Virus record (IMG/VR): IMGVR_UViG_3300042517_001086 | From: an uncultured virus (IMG/VR IMGVR_UViG_3300042517_001086) | Lineage: Duplodnaviria > Heunggongvirae > Uroviricota > Caudoviricetes | DNA: 64,000 nt | Strand: one strand, 5' to 3' | In this document: piece after piece, positions 18,335-28,152 of the stretch | Layout of the letters: every line of letters starts with the position of its first letter | Position numbering within the stretch: position 1 is the stretch's first letter | Notes under the pieces: model-generated | What the model saw: the letters and a program-made list of their open reading frames with translations, nothing else | The model's database searches: none | What the model was told of the DNA's origin: nothing | Position numbers and translations under genes: made by a program

Positions 18335-18672
18335 TTGGTTTTTGTTTTAGGTTTTTTAATTTGAGACATTCCTTTAGGTAGATTGGCTATTTCTTCAGGA
18401 TCTTTGTATGAATTATGTTTCTCGTGCAAAGACATTCTTTGATCATCACTTAAAGAATCTCTGTTACGATTAGCTAGATCTCCCAATGTTTTAAGTTCAC
18501 TAGAGTGTTTTCTTATAGAACAAGAAACGTTGATGACATCGTCTTCATAAGATCTTTCTGTATTTTTTGCAGCGCAGTGTTGACACTTGGGGTGTTCTTT
18601 ATAGTCTGAAAAATGAGCGAATAATTCAAATTTCTTTTCGCACTTATTGCATATGTAAGTATATGTTGGCAT
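18322..18672 (-). CDS. FmdB-family zinc ribbon protein
   Basis: MPTYTYICNKCEKKFE...PKCQHC. Confidence 0.85.
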   Translation of the reverse strand: MPTYTYICNKCEKKFELFAHFSDYKEHPKCQHCAAKNTERSYEDDVINVSCSIRKHSSELKTLGDLANRNRDSLSDDQRMSLHEKHNSYKDPEEIANLPKGMSQIKKPKTKTKWTK

Positions 18673-18675
18673 AAA

Positions 18676-19074
18676 CTATTTTGTGTCTCTCTCTATTTCC
18701 TTTAGCCAAGCTATGTTCATAGTATTTAAGAATTGTATATATTTATCAAATATGATCTTATTGACTTCTTTAAAAGACCACTCTGTTTTACATACCTGGG
18801 TAATGATATTGTGTTTTTTGTCTTTGATCTTATGATATTGAATAGGATTATATACTTCTCCAGTTGGACTAATTTTTATATAGTACCTATAATATTGACT
18901 GACACTACCAAAATGTTTAGGCTTTTTGTTTTGTATGCATTTTGCAACAACATGCGGGGAGGATGAGTCAGATAATCTTGATCTATCATTATCATCTATA
19001 AAATCTTCACTACCTCTTAAACAAAAATACATTTCTACATCTTTATCTTGCTTAGCTCGAAATATGTGTTCCAT
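18676..19074 (-). CDS. Hypothetical protein, paralogue of 17602..17982
   Basis: Shared motifs as listed for 17602..17982. Confidence 0.75.
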   Translation of the reverse strand: MEHIFRAKQDKDVEMYFCLRGSEDFIDDNDRSRLSDSSSPHVVAKCIQNKKPKHFGSVSQYYRYYIKISPTGEVYNPIQYHKIKDKKHNIITQVCKTEWSFKEVNKIIFDKYIQFLNTMNIAWLKEIERDTK

Positions 19075-19669
19075 TACTTTTCTCGTATTGAATAAACGGT
19101 TCCCACTCTGATAATACCTGAGTGTTATCTATACTAGACAATTCCTTATACCAAGGCAAGTACTCTACTGAGTATTTCGGCTCAACAGGAGATTGTAGTA
19201 GTGTCATTCCTGCTTCGTTAGGTGTTTTATTGCCCTTTTTATGGTTGCATGGTCTACAGGCAGTTACTATATTATGCCAATTAGTAGACGCTTTTCTGTT
19301 TGGGGCATATCTACTTTTAGGTATAATATGATCATACGTTAATTGAGAATTAGAGCACTTTTGCCCACAATATTGACATGTAAAATTATCTCTAATAAAT
19401 AGATTATGTCTAGAAAAATTAATCTTTCTACCGTAGAGATTAAAATATCTGATTGTTCTAGCAACAGATGGGACTGGAAATCTTTTCCCATTTGGACCAT
19501 GAATATTCTTGTCTTTATAATAGTCTAGTATTTCAATACCATAACTACTATCGTTTTCATATTTCATAGACCAGACAATAGCCCTCTGCCAAGAGATAAT
19601 TCGCAGAGGGGTCATGTCCGCATTTAATAATAAACACTTACTGTGTTCAGCTTTGTTGCTCATAACCAT
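19052..19669 (-). CDS. HNH endonuclease (McrA-like)
   Basis: LLLNAD.PL..ISWQRA, RDNFTCQYCG, TYDHIIPKS and NIVTACRPCNHKKG. Confidence 0.9.
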   Translation of the reverse strand: MVMSNKAEHSKCLLLNADMTPLRIISWQRAIVWSMKYENDSSYGIEILDYYKDKNIHGPNGKRFPVPSVARTIRYFNLYGRKINFSRHNLFIRDNFTCQYCGQKCSNSQLTYDHIIPKSRYAPNRKASTNWHNIVTACRPCNHKKGNKTPNEAGMTLLQSPVEPKYSVEYLPWYKELSSIDNTQVLSEWEPFIQYEKSNGTHISS

Positions 19670-20414
19670 CTAGTTTAGATAAGATCTTAGCAATGATTGG
19701 ATTACGCACTATATCACATGATTCTAGTCTGGCACAACCAATCCCGTCTATTCCTTGTAAAGCTTCAATCATACTAGCAAAACCACCCTGTAAATGTCTG
19801 TTTAGGTCTGACTGACCAACATCTCCAGTTAGTACCATTTTACTATCTGTGCCTGTGCGAGTTATTAACATTTTAAGTTGCTCATAGGAAGAATTCTGAC
19901 ACTCATCTGCTACAATAAAAGCATTATGAAAATTACGACCTCTCATTAAACCTAATGGAACAACTTCAATTTTATTGTTTAGCTTTAAGGAAGTATACTG
20001 AGCAGTTGATATAAAATAGTTGACTTCATCAAGAACAGGCAGAAGGTATGGATGTAATTTTTCTTCTGCCGACCCTGGAAGATAACCTATTTTTTCTCCT
20101 GCTTCAATTATAGGCCGAGTTATGATAATTTTCTTTACTTTTTCGTCAAGAAGATACTCTATAGCCATACCTATAGCAATGTGTGTTTTTCCGCTACCCG
20201 CTAACCCTTGACAAAAGGTTATTGTATTTTCTGCTATGGTTCTAATATACTCTTTTTGATTTTCACTTCTTGGTCTTAATCTATTTCTGTATACATTAAC
20301 AACCTGCGTAGGCTCTAGAGGATTGGTAAGATTGATTACTTTGGACTTCTTTTTGGCAGCTTTGTTGTTTTTTCTCAAGAGTATTCCTTTGTAAAAACGG
20401 AGTATAATTACCAA
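19647..20414 (-). CDS. phoH: PhoH-family ATPase (likely start is TTG at 20378)
   Basis: GLAGSGKT, ITRP, GYLPG, MRGRNF, DECQN and TGDVGQSDL. Confidence 0.93.
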   Translation of the reverse strand: MVIILRFYKGILLRKNNKAAKKKSKVINLTNPLEPTQVVNVYRNRLRPRSENQKEYIRTIAENTITFCQGLAGSGKTHIAIGMAIEYLLDEKVKKIIITRPIIEAGEKIGYLPGSAEEKLHPYLLPVLDEVNYFISTAQYTSLKLNNKIEVVPLGLMRGRNFHNAFIVADECQNSSYEQLKMLITRTGTDSKMVLTGDVGQSDLNRHLQGGFASMIEALQGIDGIGCARLESCDIVRNPIIAKILSKLDGYEQQS

Positions 20415-20427
20415 TTATGCATTAATA

Positions 20428-20434
20428 ATACACC
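20428..20434 (-). promoter_or_regulatory. GGTGTAT motif, candidate phage promoter
   Basis: GGTGTATTATTAATGCATAAT in the dut-phoH gap. Confidence 0.55.
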
Positions 20435-20449
20435 ATTGTTAATTTAATA

Positions 20450-20890
20450 TTATTTACCGCTAGAACCGAAGCCACCGTTAGATCTTGAGGTTTCTCCTAA
20501 GCTATTGGTCTCTTGAAATGTAACAGAATGATAGGTTTCAAAAATAATTTGTGCTATCCTATCACCACGTGAGATTTTGAACATATTGTTTTGGTCTGTA
20601 TTGTACAAAACCACCCCTATTTCTCCTCTATAGCCGGGATCTATAACTCCAGCCAAGACATCTATACCATTTTTAAATGCTAGTCCAGACCGTGGTGCTA
20701 TGCGACCATAGATGCCACTGGGCATGGATAGGGAGATACCTGTGCGAACTAGTTTTCTGGTTAATGGGAAAATAACCATATCTTCTACAGAATACAGGTC
20801 AGCACCAGCGTCATCAATATTAGCTCTTGATGGTGCTTTAGCTAACTCGTTTAGTTTTACAAAATCAATATTCATACTTATAGTAGACAT
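20450..20890 (-). CDS. dut: Trimeric dUTPase
   Basis: AGADL, PRSGLA, GVIDPGYRGEI, GDRIAQ and RSNGGFGSSG. Confidence 0.95.
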   Translation of the reverse strand: MSTISMNIDFVKLNELAKAPSRANIDDAGADLYSVEDMVIFPLTRKLVRTGISLSMPSGIYGRIAPRSGLAFKNGIDVLAGVIDPGYRGEIGVVLYNTDQNNMFKISRGDRIAQIIFETYHSVTFQETNSLGETSRSNGGFGSSGK

Positions 20891-23070
20891 GCTCCACCAG
20901 CACAGCTGATTTCTTCTATTCCTGCTGTATTGTCTTCTAGTTCTGATAATTGAGTGTAGTCAACCTTGGTAAACCCATTGAATAGATCACAATAGATCTT
21001 CCAATTATATACATCTTTCATGCAATATGTTAAACGACGTAAATCAGAATCGAAGTATTTACTAGCAAAATTTGTCATTTTTGTCACAAACTTTAGCTTA
21101 TTTGGATCGTCTGTTTCTTTAGTCTGATTTAGGCTGACATAATCACATGCTGCCCACAGATTATTATTAAAGGCATTCAAGCCTAATTCAATTAATCCAG
21201 AGCACCACAAGGCAGCATCTCCATATTCCTTTACTATTTCTCTGCTAGTATAAACAGTAGTAAAAGGAGCCTGTGGATAATCTTTATCTCCACTTTGTGG
21301 TATCAATGATATGCCAGCAAAATATTTTCTATTATCATAGATAAATCTAGCAACACTTTCCCATTCATCCGGCTTAACTGTTACTGTATTGCTAACGTTA
21401 TGACTAAGATAGTCTTGTGTACATAGCGATCTATTCTTTCCAGAATATACCCAATTTTTTTGAGTATCTTTAACAACCTTTAGCATCTCTACTGCCGGTA
21501 ATTGATTCTTTAACTTTGCACCATCGGGTACCTCAATAGGAAACTTAATAACCTCATCAGTATTGTTAGCAGACCATGATGACTTTTCACATGCCTGTGG
21601 GTTTAGTTTCTTAAAGTATTGATACGGTGCTTCTAAGACATTCGCTTGAACGTGCCTAATATATCTTTTAGCATGGTGCGGGTGTATTCCGGAGCTAGTA
21701 CCAAGCATACTGCTGCTCGTTCCTTCTGGCTTTAAACAGGTTACTCTAGCTGCTTGATTAATACCTATAGCTTTAGCCATTAGCTTGTTTGTTTCAACAG
21801 CGATCTTTGCTCCGTTCTTTAATGCTTTTTCTGTTAGCACCAAATCATGTTTTTCCATAGTTCCTGTTAATGAGACTCCCAACAAAGCTTCTCTCTCAAA
21901 TATCTTACAACTAATTTCTCCAAGATAATCTAGCTTTGTAAATCCTGCTTGTAAAGTACCAATGATAGCTGCTGCTTTACATCTCTCATAAAAATCTTCT
22001 TCATCTTCTATTGATGAGCAGTTAATTGTGGAGAGATTACATCCTTGCCATCCACTCTTTCCGCTTTCTTCATCCACTGGCCACATACCGACTTCAACGC
22101 AAGGATTAAATGTCATTTCTGTAGAATCACTCCAAATAAATCCTGGCTCTCCGAATTCTTTCACAGACTGCATTAAAGCGTCGAACTCTTCGTATGTTGT
22201 TGAATCTTTTATTAGAAGTGCTGAGTTATTGCTTCTTGCTCTTTGTGGATTGTCCATATACCAATTGCCCGTTTTAGCTTTAGCCATTTCTATATCGTCA
22301 TGACTGAATAAAGCCAAAGAAGCACTTCGTCGAACACCACCAGATAAAACCGCGTCACTACTATGCATGATAATATCATAAGCATCAATTGGTCTAAGTT
22401 TCTTTTGACCATTATAGATACATCTATCTAGCAAAGTTCTGATTTTTTCTAGTCCGTTGGCTAGGGGTTCGTATCCAGGAGCTTTGCCTACTCCGGATGC
22501 TAATGATGATCCTTTTGGTCTAATATTGGAATAATCAAACACTATGTGACTATTCTTATATTGTTTGAATTCTTCTACTGGCTTACTAAAGTAGGAACTT
22601 AGTAATACTCCAAGAGAATTTGCCCAGCCTTCGATACTATCTTCAATTACGTATTTTACTGCTTGATCTTCTTTAACATCATGTTCTAGTGACGGTAGCT
22701 TGGATACATGATGCTTTTGAACACTGAATCCAGTACCGGATCCACAGAGCAGTAACCAAAAACATTCTTGAAAAAATCTTAAGCGATCACAGTATGAACT
22801 TGTGCAATTATAGATTTTCGCATGTCTCTTTAGGATAGGGTCTCCTCCAAACTGTAGTGCTCTTTGTGATCCAAGCACTTTTCTTTTTAGCATTAGTTCA
22901 TATGCCCAGTCGATGTCGTTTGTAATGCCCTTGTCAGCATAAAAGGAATGCATCATATTCTTAACACGATCTACTGCTTCTTTCCATGTTTCTCTGCGAT
23001 TTTTATCTTCAATCCAACGAGCATATTTGCTAACGAAAGTATAGTTCTGTAATTCTTGCAGAGCTGACAT
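20878..23070 (-). CDS. nrdJ: Class II (B12-dependent) ribonucleotide reductase, monomeric type
   Basis: YNCT, GTGFS, GGVRRSA, RSNNS, GEPG, NPCVE, CNLS, KPEGTSS, HNVSNT, YPQAP and C-terminal CAGGAC. Confidence 0.92.
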   Translation of the reverse strand: MSALQELQNYTFVSKYARWIEDKNRRETWKEAVDRVKNMMHSFYADKGITNDIDWAYELMLKRKVLGSQRALQFGGDPILKRHAKIYNCTSSYCDRLRFFQECFWLLLCGSGTGFSVQKHHVSKLPSLEHDVKEDQAVKYVIEDSIEGWANSLGVLLSSYFSKPVEEFKQYKNSHIVFDYSNIRPKGSSLASGVGKAPGYEPLANGLEKIRTLLDRCIYNGQKKLRPIDAYDIIMHSSDAVLSGGVRRSASLALFSHDDIEMAKAKTGNWYMDNPQRARSNNSALLIKDSTTYEEFDALMQSVKEFGEPGFIWSDSTEMTFNPCVEVGMWPVDEESGKSGWQGCNLSTINCSSIEDEEDFYERCKAAAIIGTLQAGFTKLDYLGEISCKIFEREALLGVSLTGTMEKHDLVLTEKALKNGAKIAVETNKLMAKAIGINQAARVTCLKPEGTSSSMLGTSSGIHPHHAKRYIRHVQANVLEAPYQYFKKLNPQACEKSSWSANNTDEVIKFPIEVPDGAKLKNQLPAVEMLKVVKDTQKNWVYSGKNRSLCTQDYLSHNVSNTVTVKPDEWESVARFIYDNRKYFAGISLIPQSGDKDYPQAPFTTVYTSREIVKEYGDAALWCSGLIELGLNAFNNNLWAACDYVSLNQTKETDDPNKLKFVTKMTNFASKYFDSDLRRLTYCMKDVYNWKIYCDLFNGFTKVDYTQLSELEDNTAGIEEISCAGGACLL

Positions 23071-23210
23071 TATGATCTCCTAGTGTTTAGAATCGCCGCT
23101 AATCCGATTATAACAGCGGCATGAAAAGAATAATTTATAGTGTCAATATTTGTATTAAAAAATCGTTGATACATATATACGACTGTTGAAATGTAAAATG
23201 CTATAGACAT
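23070..23210 (-). CDS. 46-aa hydrophobic small protein (missed by ORF track)
   Basis: Own translation MSIAFYISTVVYMYQRFFNTNIDTINYSFHAAVIIGLAAILNTRRS*; TAATG overlap with the nrdJ start. Confidence 0.5.
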   Translation of the reverse strand: MSIAFYISTVVYMYQRFFNTNIDTINYSFHAAVIIGLAAILNTRRS

Positions 23211-23212
23211 GA

Positions 23213-23677
23213 TTATACACCGTTAATATTTTTAATCCAAGATAAATCTGGTCTTATCCTAACTATCTTAATGCCGCTCATTTGTACGAATAAATCAAAT
23301 CTTTTTTTTGCATCTTCATCAAATAAGTGAGTACCATGATCATCGGACATTACCACAGAAGTAACACCTTCTTGCCATAAAGCCATAATACAATCATTAC
23401 AACTTTGACCAGTTACGTACGCTATACCATTATCTGGCCTAACAACACAATTACTTAAAGCATTTCGTTCTGCATGAATCATCCACGGATATTTTTCTGG
23501 GCGAGTCTTTGGAAGGTCATCATCATCTAATCCTCGGGGGTAACCATTGTAGCCCACGCCAAGAATTCTATTATTCTGATCTGTGATTACGCATCCGTGT
23601 TGGGTGTGAATATCATGACTTCTTTGAGACACCACCTTTGACAAACCTAAAAAATAATCGGTCCAGATCGGTCTCAT
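23213..23677 (-). CDS. dCMP deaminase
   Basis: YFLGL..VVSQRS.D, GCVI, GYNGYPRG, HAERNA and (S)CNDC. Confidence 0.9.
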   Translation of the reverse strand: MRPIWTDYFLGLSKVVSQRSHDIHTQHGCVITDQNNRILGVGYNGYPRGLDDDDLPKTRPEKYPWMIHAERNALSNCVVRPDNGIAYVTGQSCNDCIMALWQEGVTSVVMSDDHGTHLFDEDAKKRFDLFVQMSGIKIVRIRPDLSWIKNINGV

Positions 23678-23735
23678 TATTTGTTACTATTTCCGAAGAC
23701 ATTTTTCTTGATGCCACACGCATCAAGAGTAGGTT

Positions 23736-23764
23736 ATTATACGCAGAGGCCATGGATGTAGCAA
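23736..23764 (-). promoter_or_regulatory. Sigma70-type promoter for the nucleotide-metabolism operon
   Basis: Minus strand TTGCTA-17 nt-TATAAT, followed by a perfect 9-bp hairpin at 23706-23728. Confidence 0.65.
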
Positions 23765-23773
23765 CAGCTCTGT

Positions 23774-24661
23774 TTAATTTTCTTCTTTGCATCTGCGCTC
23801 TAGATTTTCATATAATTCATCATACTCTTTGAGCATATAGTGGTGTAACTGATGTGAGTTTTTACTATGTAAAAAAGATCCATAAAAATCAGAAATACCA
23901 TGAGAGGCTAATTGTTTATGTTCTAGTGTATTTGACGCATACTTGATATTTAATTGATTTAATATACAGAATATAAAAAATGCTCTTTCATGAACATATG
24001 CGCCAAAAGGATCGTGTCTGAATACTTCTGTCATTGGTAGAAACCAATCAACAAACTTATTAAGGATTTGTTTAGATAAGGTTATATTGGTTGTTGTTGG
24101 CCAAAATTTATACTGATGTTTGTTAGCGTCTACAAATTGTTGTAAGTCAATATTGTAAATTTTTTTAAGAGATATTGCTAACCATGGGGTGCTTTTATAG
24201 AATACATAATGGTCCGTGAGTGTTTTATTGTATCCTATAATATAATTATTCTTGTTGTATTTGTTAATTAAACCAGCATTTATTTGATGAAATTTGGTAT
24301 CAAGTTCTATATCATATTCTAATAAGCAAATATTCTTATTTTGATAAAGACTGTTTTTGACAACAGCATACCAAGCGACAAAGCTACATAGATAAGGATA
24401 TTCTTCTAAATTATATTTTAGATTTCTACAAATAATAGTTTCGTGATCTAAGTGATTCAGCTTACTTGTTTTTCCATTTCCAACAAATAAGAACTTATAA
24501 CTAGGAAGATTGCGAAAAATATTTTTATTTATTTGCTGATTAATAATATCTTGGTCATGACAAACTATAAAATAATCTATCTTACTACCAATAGGATCCA
24601 TTTTCAATATTCCTATATGACTCTGGAGTTTCTTCTGGGAGTGGCCTAGTCCAGTATTCAT
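23774..24661 (-). CDS. Hypothetical glycosyltransferase-like protein (start uncertain)
   Basis: FIVCH, LLEYD and HER motifs; glycan-cluster context. Confidence 0.5.
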   Translation of the reverse strand: MNTGLGHSQKKLQSHIGILKMDPIGSKIDYFIVCHDQDIINQQINKNIFRNLPSYKFLFVGNGKTSKLNHLDHETIICRNLKYNLEEYPYLCSFVAWYAVVKNSLYQNKNICLLEYDIELDTKFHQINAGLINKYNKNNYIIGYNKTLTDHYVFYKSTPWLAISLKKIYNIDLQQFVDANKHQYKFWPTTTNITLSKQILNKFVDWFLPMTEVFRHDPFGAYVHERAFFIFCILNQLNIKYASNTLEHKQLASHGISDFYGSFLHSKNSHQLHHYMLKEYDELYENLERRCKEEN

Positions 24662-25430
24662 TAATAAAATTTTTAGAGCCGTGTCTATTATATTGCGCCC
24701 ATCTATTTCCCATTATACCAAATAATAATTGGAGTGCCCCGCCCATATGAATAGCTGTTTTATTCAAATGTTTTTTAATGTAGGCTCCTAACGGAAGACC
24801 AAATGCCCCACACCCAATCAGAGCAACATCAAAATCTATATTATTGATTTCATCTTGCATTGTATATAAACTATCAAACCAGTCATAATTCATATTATTA
24901 CCGATATTTTGAATGGCTTTCATTGTTATTAATTCGAATTCTGGTAAAATATTAGTACCAACAAACAAATGCTGTCTATTCTTATAGTTCTGCTCTATGC
25001 TTTTTTGAAATGGATGTATAACTAAGACTCTTTTGTCTTTTAATGCTTCGGTCCAGGGATTTTGAGGAAAATGATATGGTTCTAATCCCCATAAATAAAA
25101 GGGTATAGCATTAGGACAATAGTTAGCAATAAGACGACTATAATTAGGGGTACAACCAATGAAAGCTACGAGGTCTAATAACCCAATACAGTCGCTATAT
25201 TTTTTACTAAAAGCATAAAGATAATCCTGATCATTAGGATAAATCCCAGCAGGAGACCGAGAGTTTTGCACCATCTGATTGGTACAGGCTTTATTGTCTA
25301 GCAACATAGTACATACAATATCGCACTCTGTTACACCGGATCTGCCAACAAAAAATATTTCTTTTTTCTCAAGACGTTCTTTAATTAAATTATTGCCCTC
25401 TATTTCTCTTAAAATATTGATAGTAGTCAT
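24585..25430 (-). CDS. Glycosyltransferase-like protein (GT-D-related)
   Basis: LEPY, VLVIHPF, FDVALIGCGAFGLPL and HMGGALQLLFGI.G.RW. Confidence 0.6.
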   Translation of the reverse strand: MTTINILREIEGNNLIKERLEKKEIFFVGRSGVTECDIVCTMLLDNKACTNQMVQNSRSPAGIYPNDQDYLYAFSKKYSDCIGLLDLVAFIGCTPNYSRLIANYCPNAIPFYLWGLEPYHFPQNPWTEALKDKRVLVIHPFQKSIEQNYKNRQHLFVGTNILPEFELITMKAIQNIGNNMNYDWFDSLYTMQDEINNIDFDVALIGCGAFGLPLGAYIKKHLNKTAIHMGGALQLLFGIMGNRWAQYNRHGSKNFINEYWTRPLPEETPESYRNIENGSYW

Positions 25431-26755
25431 AATATAGTTTTATTTTGATTGTTTATTAAAAGAGTTATCCAATTAAAGAACTCATCCTGTACATTCATAA
25501 TACTTGTTGGTTGATAGGGGTCAATTGGTATTTCTATAACATTTGTTGGCTTAGTTAGCTTGCCAAAAAAAGCCTCTTTACAGTCGTATGTAGAAAGCAA
25601 TCTTCCCATAGAATAAAAGTCATCCGGGAATACTCTTCCTTTAGCCATAGTAAATAATGGTATATTATATAAGCATGGTATATTACATCCAGAACAATTA
25701 GTTCCAACAACGCCCATACAATAGTTTTGATAAAAACAAGCCTGTTTTTCAACTGAATATGCTATTAATACTTCTTCTCCATCAACAGATTTAGCCATAT
25801 TAATTTCACTATCTGTACATGCTACAATAATAGGATATAGTCCTCTTTTTTTAATTAGAGCACAAACATCTTTTAATTGTGCCGCAGAAGCCAAACCCGC
25901 CCTACGAGTATTATCTGAGTGTATTAAGACCGCAATATATTTTTTATTTAAAACTATACCATTAGAATTTTTAAGTAAGATTTTATTGTTTTGAAATAAA
26001 TCTTTAATAATGTCTGTACCATAGATACTTGGAAATGTATTTTTAGAAATGCATCTGGTTAATGATTGATATTTATCAAGTTCGATATTTATACTATTAT
26101 TGAGGATTACTGATTCTGAGATATGGCGTATATTATGCATCCCATGGTTCCATGTGAATATTGGAGACCAATCAACATACCATATTTCATCAAGACCCAT
26201 AATTTTATTAAAAGGCTTGACAAAAAATTTGGTCTTTTGATCTAATATTAAAATGTTATAGGTATCTTTAGATATTTCTTTTTGTGTATGTTCTTTAATT
26301 CTTACTATCGCTCTTAAGCAGTCTTGGAAGTGCTCCGTGCAGATAGCATTAGCGATATAGATTGTTTGTGGCTGTTTATTGGATAGTTTTATTTTTTCTA
26401 ATCTAGTAATATCGTGATTTGTTTTCATGCTCTCTATACTATGACGAAAAAACTCACGAGCTTTAATTCTAACTTCTGATACATAGTCCCCTTTAGCACT
26501 TGGGGCGAGTTGTTCGTTTCCTGTCCAGGCCCCTTCTGAATTAATAGTTCCAATATATCTATTAAGGGACCACTTATAATTACCACAGCCATGTCTATTA
26601 AAATTGTCTGTAAAATCCCAAAATAGATTTTCTAAAAAGCAATGTACGGAATCACAATGAACGCACTTATAAGAGAATTCTGATCCTATAAATAGAATTT
26701 TTTGATGATCTTCCTTTTGGCAATTAGGGCATTTAAAGGTGGTTAAAGTTAACAT
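25427..26755 (-). CDS. Hypothetical protein, N-terminal zinc ribbon plus possible GT-B-like region
   Basis: CPNC...CVHC at the N-terminus; VGTNCSG..IP..YNIP loosely resembles the GT9 DSG motif. Confidence 0.45.
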   Translation of the reverse strand: MLTLTTFKCPNCQKEDHQKILFIGSEFSYKCVHCDSVHCFLENLFWDFTDNFNRHGCGNYKWSLNRYIGTINSEGAWTGNEQLAPSAKGDYVSEVRIKAREFFRHSIESMKTNHDITRLEKIKLSNKQPQTIYIANAICTEHFQDCLRAIVRIKEHTQKEISKDTYNILILDQKTKFFVKPFNKIMGLDEIWYVDWSPIFTWNHGMHNIRHISESVILNNSINIELDKYQSLTRCISKNTFPSIYGTDIIKDLFQNNKILLKNSNGIVLNKKYIAVLIHSDNTRRAGLASAAQLKDVCALIKKRGLYPIIVACTDSEINMAKSVDGEEVLIAYSVEKQACFYQNYCMGVVGTNCSGCNIPCLYNIPLFTMAKGRVFPDDFYSMGRLLSTYDCKEAFFGKLTKPTNVIEIPIDPYQPTSIMNVQDEFFNWITLLINNQNKTIL

Positions 26756-27438
26756 TTATTTTTAGCAGCAAACTCTAAACTTTTAATAGTGTCTGATAAG
26801 TTTTGTGTTGAGGAGTTATTATTGGTGTCTATAAAGTATTGAGCAATAGCTTCTAGAGTATTTTTTGATAAGTGCCAAGGGCTAGATATGGACTTTATAT
26901 TATTAGTATTTTCAGTTATACAAAGAGACTCTTCTGATATAATTGTGTTTAAATCAATATATTGGGTCTTATTGTTTATTAGAGAAGGCTGAACCACCTC
27001 ATCAAAATACATTTTTTTTCTCTCTTGAATTCTAGATCTCATGGATGTAGCACCTATATTGTGGTACATTTCTGATCTATGCCAAGCCGCAGGGGTATCA
27101 AAAATCATCATGTTCACATTTAGAGAAGATAAATTAAGTAGAATTTCTCTCCATATTTTAAATAGAATAGAAGTTTTTTCGCATAATACTGCCGAGTTTG
27201 ACCAAGCTGTTAGTACTATTATGTTGGATGGTCTTAAAGCAGAGAATAGGTAGGTGGTTCCGCACCTTCCCCATTTAACATCAAAAAAGTGATAGTTTTT
27301 ATGGTTTTTCTTGAAAATCTCTTTTATCTCTAGAAGATAACAATATCCAACACCCAGAGTAAAATTACCTTCTAGTCCAACAACCTCATCCCAGTCTGAA
27401 GATGTTTTAAATTCATTGGTTAAGCTGTCATATTTCAT
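26749..27438 (-). CDS. Hypothetical protein
   Basis: 229-aa ORF; C-terminal PWH could be SGNH-like. Confidence 0.6.
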   Translation of the reverse strand: MKYDSLTNEFKTSSDWDEVVGLEGNFTLGVGYCYLLEIKEIFKKNHKNYHFFDVKWGRCGTTYLFSALRPSNIIVLTAWSNSAVLCEKTSILFKIWREILLNLSSLNVNMMIFDTPAAWHRSEMYHNIGATSMRSRIQERKKMYFDEVVQPSLINNKTQYIDLNTIISEESLCITENTNNIKSISSPWHLSKNTLEAIAQYFIDTNNNSSTQNLSDTIKSLEFAAKNKC

Positions 27439-27509
27439 GTGATATTCTCTATGTAGTTTTTAATATAGTGATTATTAAAATCGGACGATAAAGTTACGAA
27501 ACTTTCCAT
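27435..27509 (-). pseudogene. 24-aa mini-ORF, probable collapsed gene remnant
   Basis: AAGAGGT RBS, MESFVTLSSDFNNHYIKNYIENIT*, stop overlaps the next ATG (ATGA). Confidence 0.5.
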
Positions 27510-27524
27510 TTTTACCTCTTTTTC

Positions 27525-28112
27525 TTAAATATGTACATACCAGCAAGATATTGATTTTTCAAAAACTTGGGCAGAATGGCCGAAAATCTCTTCAACCGCA
27601 GTTGAAACCCCTTTTTCTTGATAATCATGTCCTGAGACGATTCCTCCTTTTTTAATTTTAGGCAACCATGCTTCTATATCTTTTTTTACATAATCGTACC
27701 AGTGGTTTCCGTCTATAAAAACAAAATCTAATGATTCGTTTTCAAACAATGATGCGGCAGCAGAACTATCACTTTTTATAAGTTCAACAAAATGATTACA
27801 TCCAACTTTATTTAATCTATTGACAACGAAATTATACTTGTATTCACCAAGTTTTTTTAATCTATCTTCGTCAGACAAACCTTTTGTGTCATACAAAGAT
27901 TCAATTTCTTCTTTGCCTGCCCAGGTGTCAAATAAATCTACTCCGTAAATTTTTACACCATCTTTGCTTTTGATTTTTTGCGCTAAAAAACTAATTGACA
28001 AGCCAAAAAACACACCAACTTCAACAAAAGTTTTAAAATTTTGTTTTGATATGAATTCGTAAAAGCTAGAATAGTTGAAATAATTAGGTTCATTTTTTAC
28101 CATTGGCAACAC
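27525..28112 (-). CDS. Class I SAM methyltransferase (Methyltransf_24-like)
   Basis: VEVGVFFGLS, GVDLF, DFVFIDGNH.Y and KKGGIVSGHDY. Confidence 0.9.
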   Translation of the reverse strand: MLPMVKNEPNYFNYSSFYEFISKQNFKTFVEVGVFFGLSISFLAQKIKSKDGVKIYGVDLFDTWAGKEEIESLYDTKGLSDEDRLKKLGEYKYNFVVNRLNKVGCNHFVELIKSDSSAAASLFENESLDFVFIDGNHWYDYVKKDIEAWLPKIKKGGIVSGHDYQEKGVSTAVEEIFGHSAQVFEKSISCWYVHI

Positions 28113-28152
28113 CTCTTTTCTTGATTTATATATTAAGCCTACTTTTATTATC

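Noticed and set aside
13072..23070. Inteins in DnaB, RecA or NrdJ
   Set aside because: Lengths are normal and motifs are contiguous.
23071..23212. Cobalamin riboswitch or NrdR box before nrdJ
   Set aside because: No B12-box or convincing NrdR palindrome; the region is AT-rich and reads as a small ORF.
23706..23728. Hairpin as an intrinsic terminator for the glycan island
   Set aside because: On the coding strand it is followed by an A-run rather than a U-tract, and it lies downstream of a promoter-like sequence.
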